This document shows positions 12,321 to 20,000 of a stretch of DNA of 20,000 nt, one piece after another. The stretch spans positions 14,077,498 through 14,097,497 of the forward strand of contig JBOZIK010000001.1 of NCBI GenBank assembly GCA_051453625.1, written 5' to 3'. The notes under the pieces are model-generated. The model was not told the origin of the DNA and did not search any database. It was given only the letters and a program-made list of their open reading frames with translations. Made by a program: the position numbers and the translations under genes. The stretch is from Welwitschia mirabilis. Taxonomy: Eukaryota. Position 1 is the stretch's first letter. The number at the start of each line of letters is the position of its first letter.

Positions 12321-12647
12321 AAAATGTCCTAAGTTTAAAGATATAAGAGCAGCCACTGTTGGTGTTATTTTAGAAGGAAATAAGAAAATCAAAAAAGCTC
12401 TAATAGACATAGGAACAAGTGTCAATATTATGCCTTTACACATTTGTAAAAAGCTTAGATTAGAAGGAAGAATTAAGCCTATTAAAATATTGCTATAATT
12501 GGCTAATGCATTAATTAAGAAATCTAAAGGAATAATCAAAGACTTAGTAATTTAAATAAAGAAAGCTTTTTACCCTATAGATGTGGTTATTATAGAGGTT
12601 GAACATAATGATGGATACCCTCTACTTTTAGGAAGAGCCTTTTGTGC
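12321..12647 (+). pseudogene. Retroviral-type aspartic protease, copy 1
   Basis: KCPKFKD...KKALIDIGTSVNIMPLHICKKL...KSKGIIKDLVI...YPIDVVIIE...PLLLGRAF, matching the AL.DLGASVN.MP...P.ILGRPF pattern. Confidence 0.9.
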
Positions 12648-12747
12648 NNNNNNNNNNNNNNNNNNNNNNNNNNNNNNNNNNNNNNNNNNNNNNNNNNNNN
12701 NNNNNNNNNNNNNNNNNNNNNNNNNNNNNNNNNNNNNNNNNNNNNNN

Positions 12748-13116
12748 AAGAAAGATTTAATAAACATAGGAGTAAGTGTTAATATTATGCCTCTGTACAT
12801 TTGTAAAAAGCTTGGATTAGAAGAAAGAATCGAACCTACTAAAATAGTATTGGAACTGATTGATGCGTTAAGTAAAAAAGCTATAGGAATAATCAACAAT
12901 TTGGTAATTTAAATTGAGAAATATTTCTACCCTATGGATGTGGTCATCATAGAAGTTAAACATAATGGCAAATACCCTCTACTTTTAGGAAGAACCTTTT
13001 GTATAACAGCCCATTGTGTAATTGATACTTGCATGGGGATGATGCAATGTCATATACACAATAAAAAGTTTAGTATCATAGTATTCAATGCTACTAAAAA
13101 AGACATGAAAGCTTAA
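12748..13116 (+). pseudogene. Retroviral-type aspartic protease, copy 2 (catalytic D changed to N)
   Basis: DLINIGVSVNIMPLYICKKLGL...GIINNLVI*IEKYFYPMDVVIIE...PLLLGRTFCITAHCVIDTCMGMM...VFNATK. Corresponds to ORF-track entries 12583-12912 and 12934-13116. Confidence 0.9.
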
Positions 13117-15215
13117 TTAGACATAGAAGAACAAGTTAGTTCATCCATGTTAGTTCAACATCATCTTTTAAAACTCTACCTTGTTTGAGGATGAGGAAGA
13201 ATCTTCTATTATTCTTAAATCTTTAAACTCCTTCAACCTTTGCAACCTCAACCCAAATCTTTTAAACCACTCTTCTAATGATGATTTTTATAATGACTTT
13301 AAACTCAAATTTGATCATGATATCTAATATGTAAGATCCGTTGAAAATCTTTTATATCAAATGGATATACTACAACTATGAAGGATGAAATTGATCTTTA
13401 ATTCAAATGCTTATCTAATGGATTGAAATACATTTTTCGAAATAACAATTCTAATAAGCCATTGATCATGAGTTCTCAATGTTTTAATACCAATTTATGA
13501 TTATTTAATGGGGTTTTATGAACTATTTTATAAGACATTTATATCAGTTTAGGTTCAATTATGAGCATTTTGAAGATTTAATAGAAGATCTTAAAAATGT
13601 GCAAATATTACCCAAATTTAATGATTTAAGGCATATTCTAATGCATAGATATTTGAAGGAGGATTACTAAAAGAAATGCTAAGTTTCTCCTTAATAAAGT
13701 AATTAAATAAGATCATCATCCCCTATGTCTTCTAAAAGACATGCAGGATGATGACACCATTAGATGCTAAGGTGGACTACTAAATTATCTATCAAGTCAT
13801 ATGCTAAATCACCTTTTATAATGATCCATTATTCATATCATTGTTTGGATGATTTTGGGATGATACTAATATGTAATTGACTCTAACAGCCAACCTTCGA
13901 CCATTTCATCTATTTCTTATTTATAAATGAGTGTATCTTGTCATGCCTTCTATTTACTTTTTTCTACTGTTTTTTCCTATACATAAGACCTCCTTTAATT
14001 CTCCTCATTACCTTCATTGCACTGCAAATTCTCATGATAGGAGATCAAAGGGCAAGAAATCCATCTTAAGTNNNNNNNNNNNNNNNNNNNNNNNNNNNNN
14101 NNNNNNNNNNNNNNNNNNNNNNNNNNNNNNNNNNNNNNNNNNNNNNNNNNNNNNNNNNNNNNNNNNNNNNNNNNNNNNNNNNNNNNNNNNNNNNNNNNNN
14201 NNNNNNNNNNNNNNNNNNNNNNNNNNNNNNNNNNNNNNNNNNNNNTTTCTTGGGTGCTATAGATCATCAAGGACAGCCTTTGTTAAGGCTAAAAGCAAGT
14301 AGTATTAGTTCCATTTTTGCATTACATGTTAAATTAAGTTACATCTTTCATTTTCATTGTATCTTTCATTTCTTGCATTGTTCTTTATTTTTGGTTCCTA
14401 TTATTTTATAAAGCAATCTAAGTCTTGTCTCATAGTCTTCAATGTGAATATGACATTTTAGGTCTATTCCCACTTAAACTAGTGTATTGTATTNNNNNNN
14501 NNNNNNNNNNNNNNNNNNNNNNNNNNNNNNNNNNNNNNNNNNNNNNNNNNNNNNNNNNNNNNNNNNNNNNNNNNNNNNNNNNNNNNNNNNNNNNNNNNNN
14601 NNNNNNNNNNNNNNNNNNNNNNNNNNAAAGATAAAATTATTAAAATTATAGACACAGGTCAATTTGTTCTTTTGTATAATACTTTAGTACATCTTATACA
14701 TAAGAAGATAATCTTTAAATGGCTATGTCATTATCATGTGAAAAGGGTACATTCTAATGGCTCTCTTGAGATCTTTGACCTTCAAACTTAAGAATACAAA
14801 GAGTAAATGGATAAAGGTTAAAACTTCATACATCTCCAAATGATTGTTCTTATACCTTGAAGATGCTAGAATCAATTAACTTGGAAGATCCTCTTTTCTG
14901 AAAGGAAGATCTTCCCTTGGCCATATACTAGATTCTTTCTTAGCTTTATTCCTTTTTTTTTTTTAAGTTATAAGACTACTTGATCATCTTTAACTTGATT
15001 TATGTTTGACTTCTGTAGGTGTGATCATGATTAAGTAATTATTTACTTTAGATTTTCATGTGAAAAAGATTGGATTCAACCAATATTAAGATATTCCAAT
15101 ATTTATAATCAATCTCCTTGATTATTTTATGATAAAATATGTTAATCTAATGCTTGTTTTCAGCTATATACTTTAGTATCTTATCATTCCAATGATTAAT
15201 CAATGCTATCAAAAA

Positions 15216-15881
15216 TGGGGAGTTTAAGTCAAGGGAAAAGAATAAAAAAATGAAAAGTAAGAGGTGAATATGAAAAAAAATTAAAAAAAGAAAAAAATAA
15301 ATAAATAAAAGAAAAATAAAAATGAACCATCCTCTTGGAATTATATCATGATGTACTATCACAAGCATACTGAGGCAAATTTTCTCAAGAGNNNNNNNNN
15401 NNNNNNNNNNNNNNNNNNNNNNNNNNNNNNNNNNNNNNNNNNNNNNNNNNNNNNNNNNNNNNNNNNNNNNNNNNNNNNNNNNNNNNNNNNNNNNNNNNNN
15501 NNNNNNNNNNNNNNNNNNNNNNNNNNNNNNNNNNNNNNNNNNNNNNNNNNNNNNNNNNNNNNNNNNNNNNNNNNNNNNNNNNNNNNNNNNNNNNNNNNNN
15601 NNNNNNNNNNNNNNNNNNNNNNNNNNNNNNNNNNNNNNNNNNNNNNNNNNNNNNNNNNNNNNNNNNNNNNNNNNNNNNNNNNNNNNNNNNNNNNNNNNNN
15701 NNNNNNNNNNNNNTGGGGAGTTTAAGTCAATTGGAAAAGAACAAAAAAATGAAAAGTAAGACGTGAGTATAAAAAAAAATAAAAAAATGAAGAAAGAAAA
15801 TAAAAATAAAAATGAACCATCCTCTTGGAATTATACCATGATGTACTATTGCAAGCATACTGAGGCAAATTTTCTCGAGAG
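15216..15881 (+). repeat. Gap-flanking duplication (15216-15391 vs 15714-15881) of a purine-rich 3' UTR segment
   Basis: Both start TGGGGAGTTTAAGTCAA, carry A-rich tracts and end AATGAACCATCCTCTTGGAATTATA...GAGGCAAATTTTCTC. Separated by 322 N. Confidence 0.85.
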
Positions 15882-16740
15882 GGGCCTTTGATAGTATGAT
15901 ATGATAGCTATGGAAACTCCATTAGAGGATTATTTGATTATGATCTAGCTTTGGCTTATGGGTTTTTATCATCTTAGCAATTATTACACTCCTCTTATCA
16001 TGACGAANNNNNNNNNNNNNNNNNNNNNNNNNNNNNNNNNNNNNNNNNNNNNNNNNNNNNNNNNNNNNNNNNNNNNNNNNNNNNNNNNNNNNNNNNNNNN
16101 NNNNNNNTATTACACTCCTCTTATCATGACGAACATTATTGTTCAATACCCCATTAACTAAAAACTCCCATTACTTTAAGGCACAGACTTTATGAGCATA
16201 TAAGTATATTAATTATTAAATGATATCTTATCAAAGTACTATGATTATCACATCTCAAGAGGAATTCAATTATAGTTCAAACATGACTTGATACCATGCT
16301 AAATATAACCATTAAATATTTTTAACATCACTACCCTTTAACCTTTACTAATAAGTTTTTCTAATTTTTAATTTTAGGAAAAAAGCTAATATTCTTCATG
16401 TTCTATCTTGTCCATTTTCCTTTTTGTTTTATTTAGTTTGTTAATTTACTTTTTCAAATTTATTTTTATCAGCTTTCCCAAATCAATATTATAGACTAGT
16501 AATTTTCTAGTTTACTTGTTACATTTTTCATCACTTAATTATTATACATAAAATTAAATTGACCCTGCCTTAACCATCCTTTAGCATGACAATATTGATG
16601 CTCTTCTTTTCTTTAATAATTTCTTTTTTATAACATCTCTTTTCACTTAATCTTACAATCATGAAATCTTATTCTAGTTTACCTTTACTTCATGATTTAT
16701 TCAACTTGAGATGACTTAGTCGTATAGTTGGGGAAGTAGG

Positions 16741-17208
16741 CACCTATATTACATGATTTGTAAGGAAAATTTTTCACTAAATATATGCTATGGTGTTAAA
16801 TAAAATGATTGATAATATACATCAATTTTACTTGTGCTTTTTTATAGATGTATTTCACATTTTGTACTATTAATTCTAAATTATATATATGTTTTGAGTT
16901 TCTTTTTGTTAGTTGTCTCACAACTTATTATTTGCTTAATTTATCAGGGGCTGACAAATGCTAAGTGGGAGGCTAGACATCTATATTACATGATTTATAA
17001 TCTAATATTCTTTAAAAAATACATGATATGATGTTAAATTAAATGATTGATAATATACATTAATTTTACTTGTGCTTTTTCATAGATGTATATCATGTAT
17101 TATACTCTTAAATGTAAATGATATACATGTTTTGAGTTTCTTTTCTTGGTTTACAACTTCTTATTTGCTTATTTTATTAGGGATTGACAAATGCTAAGTG
17201 GAAAGCTA
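16741..17208 (+). repeat. Tandem duplication of a ~235-bp unit directly upstream of the 3' LTR
   Basis: Unit 1 is 16741-16977 and unit 2 is 16978-17208. Both start CAYCTATATTACATGATTT and end TGACAAATGCTAAGTGGRARGCTA. There is no N gap inside. Confidence 0.9.
17196..17205 (+). other. Degraded polypurine tract
   Basis: AAGTGGAAAG lies 3 nt before the 3' LTR. The paralogous unit reads AAGTGGGAGG (16963-16972). Confidence 0.6.
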
Positions 17209-18313
17209 TATTGCAAAGTCAACTTGACCTATTTAATACACTTGTCGAGTACATTTTTAAGTCCTATTTATAGGTTTTTTTCAAGTATTTATGCAAATTA
17301 TACAAAGCTTCCATACAAGTCAAAAGATATAATAATTTCTAACATAAGAAGCTATTTTTGAATGATGATGGAATAAATCCATTTGGTGAATATATAATGA
17401 TGATCCTCCATGTTGTGAAAATGATAGAGGGAACAACAATTAGTAAACTATGGTTGTCCTCTATGTCATGGGAACAATGATCAGGATAACAATTAGCATA
17501 TTTCACATGTGCTGAGCATTAGTTGATAGATGAAGTTTTTTCCTTTATGTCATGGGAATGACACAATGGACAACAATCAAAATAATTTGTAAAGTTAATT
17601 AAATTATTATGAAAGAATGGATTTAACTTATACCTCTTCATTTCACACCTCTTAACAACCTATCACAACCTATAAATAGATTCTTTTAGACCCTATTCCA
17701 AATCATCTTTTGTCATCTACATTCTTGTGATAATTAAAGATTATTTGGAGATAAGGAAATCAGTCCTACTTGTGAGAAAAACTACATTGATGTTAGACAG
17801 TAAATCTTCCATTGATAATTTATTATCATAAGTAGATATAATTTAATTTCATTAATAAAAGTATTAATTGAATTGAAATCGTTTCAAATGTTTTATTGTT
17901 TTTCCTTATAGCTTATCTTAATTACAATCTAAGTGGCATGAATTTTTAATTAAAATAGGTTATAAGGACTAATCTAGTAATAGTATATTTTAATTTTAAT
18001 TAATTTTTTACATTATAATTACATTCATTACATTGTATTTCATTTCATTACATTGCATTGCATTCCATCTTCATCTTTGCATTGTTTAATATTATTTCCT
18101 TTAAAGCAAAATTTCAAAGTATGTTATTCTTCTCTTTATGAAAGAAATTTTTCATATTCTCTTTTAGCCGTCTTCTTTAAGTGTATAACATTGGATTGAT
18201 CCCACTATATAAATGTGTATTATGTTTAATTAGATTATTATCGTTTTAAATGTTGCAAGTTAAATTCGACCTTTGGAATACTGGAATTAAAAGCACAAAT
18301 ACACATCACAACA
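17209..18313 (+). repeat. 3' LTR (1105 bp)
   Basis: Starts TATTGCAAAGT (TG>TA decay) and ends ACATCACAACA. Aligns with the 5' LTR at roughly 80-88% by eye. Confidence 0.92.
17670..17679 (+). promoter_or_regulatory. Putative LTR TATA box
   Basis: CTATAAATAG is typical of plant LTR promoters and lies just downstream of the palindromic units. The 5' LTR equivalent is mutated to CTATAGATAG (7464-7473). Confidence 0.55.
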
Positions 18314-18318
18314 TATGT
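18314..18318 (+). repeat. Right 5-bp target-site duplication TATGT
   Basis: Follows the LTR-terminal AACA and is identical to 7022-7026. Confidence 0.85.
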
Positions 18319-19152
18319 TGTTTAATATCTCTTACATGGAATCATATACAAAGTAAGATTACTTATAATTTCATCATTTTATTATTTTTTTAAACTTTCT
18401 TAATTTTTTTTGTGTACAGTTAACATTTATAAGAAATTTATAAAGGATTTTTATAACTGAAAAAGTCTTCACAACTTTAAATGTATCAGGATTACTTTCC
18501 TAGGTGGTTTAAAGAATAGGTAAGAAATAATACATTCTATATGAAGTTATAAATATAATTTTCTTCATTAGATATGTTTAAAAGAATTTTTAGTATCTTT
18601 CATATTAGAAAGTTAATGGAAGATGACATGCTCAATGAAAAACTAAACAAACAAGTCAAACGGTTATCACATTCTATAACTGAGCATGCAATAAGATACA
18701 GGAGGTACTTAATCAATGCATATAGATTTTATGTAAATTATAGAAATATAGAATTTACATGTAAAAATAGTAGGGTTTTGATAGCATCAAATATGATTCA
18801 TATATGAATGAAAAGGATAAAAATACTATATTTAACAATATAAACTTTTATGATGTCTTGAAAAACATAGTTGTATTAGATTATAATTTTACCTTCAATG
18901 TTGTACTCTTCAAATGTGAATGGTTTGATGTTCTTTAAAAAGATAATATCAAGAAGTAATAATATGGTTTTACCCTTACTAACACAAATAAATGTATGAG
19001 GAATGATTATGAAAAAGATAATCCATTCATATTAGCTAGTTAAGGATCATAAGTTTTATATATAAAAAACATTGAATATCTTTCATTGATTATCATAGTA
19101 TTATTCTAAATTAAGGCATATTTATGATGAGAGTAAAAATAAATAATATTTT
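18319..19152 (+). pseudogene. tnp2: CACTA Tnp2-type transposase, 3' part (includes DUF4216 region)
   Basis: LFN....ESY; YFPRWFKE; RYRRYLINAYRFY...KNSRV (Y.GY.INGYRFH...QNSGV); VLDYNFTFNVVLFKCEWFDV (~18872-18932); YGFTL...DNPFILAS*GS*VLYI (DEPFILASQA.QVFYV). Confidence 0.88.
18353..18419 (+). other. Intron of the Tnp2 pseudogene
   Basis: GTAAGA donor, T-rich tract and TGTACAG acceptor. Another donor GTAAGA lies at 18520 with an uncertain acceptor. Confidence 0.65.
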
Positions 19153-20000
19153 NNNNNNNNNNNNNNNNNNNNNNNNNNNNNNNNNNNNNNNNNNNNNNNN
19201 NNNNNNNNNNNNNNNNNNNNNNNNNNNNNNNNNNNNNNNNNNNNNNNNNNNNTAAATTAGAATAAGACAAGGAAGATTTATTATTCATCCATAATAATAA
19301 CCTCTTTGGTAAGGAGAATGATGCAAACATTAAAAACATGAATTGGACTTGCACAAATTCAAAGAATACTACAATTGATGTTGGTATTTGTTTAGCTATG
19401 ATACCTTTTTATAATTAGCATAATTTATTCTATTAATGATATGTAATATGTATTAATATAATCATGTTTATTTCATTAATCTATTTGCCTTATAATTTTA
19501 AATGTAGTGCTTTNNNNNNNNNNNNNNNNNNNNNNNNNNNNNNNNNNNNNNNNNNNNNNNNNNNNNNNNNNNNNNNNNNNNNNNNNNNNNNNNNNNNNNN
19601 NNNNNNNNNNNNNTGTTTATTTCATTAATCTATTTGCCTTATAATTTTAAATGTAGTGCTTTGATTAATAGCTTTATAGCATTGATTTTGGACATTATTA
19701 AAGCACTCAATTGTATTGTATTATAATCTAAACAGCTATAATAGATAATTCCTCAATAAGACATATAAAATGCATTTATTCTAGTAATTTACTTAATTAG
19801 ACTTTGAAATTTAATTAAAAGTTGTTAATGAAAGAAATATTTAAACCTCACTCCTTAAAAACCTTGAGATTAAATAATTCTTTGAGGAGTTACATTAGTT
19901 AACTAATAATATTGTTAAGTTATTTGAAAGGTTGAAAAATAATTACTTTATAATCTTATTACCTAAAGTTAATATAAGATCTTAAATAATAATCCTTTTC

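Larger units (their letters stand above)
7027..18313 (+). mobile_element. Athila-like Ty3/Gypsy LTR retrotransposon, apparently non-autonomous (gag and protease only)
   Basis: Paired LTRs, 5-bp TSD, tRNA-Asp PBS, Athila-type gag and aspartic protease motifs, a long A-rich 3' non-coding region and a PPT-like tract before the 3' LTR. Confidence 0.9.
3650..19400 (+). mobile_element. Decayed CACTA/En-Spm DNA transposon (termini not identified), interrupted by an LTR retrotransposon
   Basis: Tnp2-family motifs run colinearly from about 3770 to 7026 and resume at 18319 to about 19150. The outer coordinates are approximate and no convincing CACTA TIR was found. Confidence 0.8.

Noticed and set aside
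13832..13864. CLDDFG resembling the RT catalytic FMDDF motif
   Set aside because: No MPFGL or other RT motifs at the expected upstream spacing, so it is likely chance.
15147..15368. Hydrophobic Phe/Leu-rich ORF suggesting a membrane protein
   Set aside because: It is the reverse translation of an A-rich low-complexity UTR tract.
15982..16133. 26-bp exact direct repeat across a 100-N gap
   Set aside because: Identical contig-end overlap, i.e. an unmerged assembly join.
19465..19662. 49-bp exact direct repeat across a 100-N gap
   Set aside because: Identical contig-end overlap, an assembly artefact.

Overview
This is very AT-rich, strongly CpG-depleted eukaryotic DNA, almost certainly plant, from a gappy draft assembly. 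It consists of decayed transposable elements, with no intact gene, RNA gene or CRISPR array. (1) About 650-1250, minus strand: a Ty1/Copia relic with a tRNA-iMet-type PBS and a degraded gag N-terminus. (2) About 3650-19400, plus strand: a CACTA/En-Spm Tnp2-type transposase pseudogene whose introns are still readable. (3) 7027-18313: an Athila-like Ty3/Gypsy LTR retrotransposon inserted inside a transposase exon. It has two ~1.1 kb LTRs, a TATGT target-site duplication, a tRNA-Asp PBS and gag plus protease, but no detectable RT, RNase H or integrase. Its LTRs carry three hairpin repeats, and a PPT-terminated ~235 bp tandem duplication precedes the 3' LTR. Many 100-N gaps are flanked by duplicated sequence, which points to two diverged copies of the locus interleaved in the assembly. 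I found no convincing novel biological system. All motif matches were made by eye from recalled family consensus, and identities are hand estimates.
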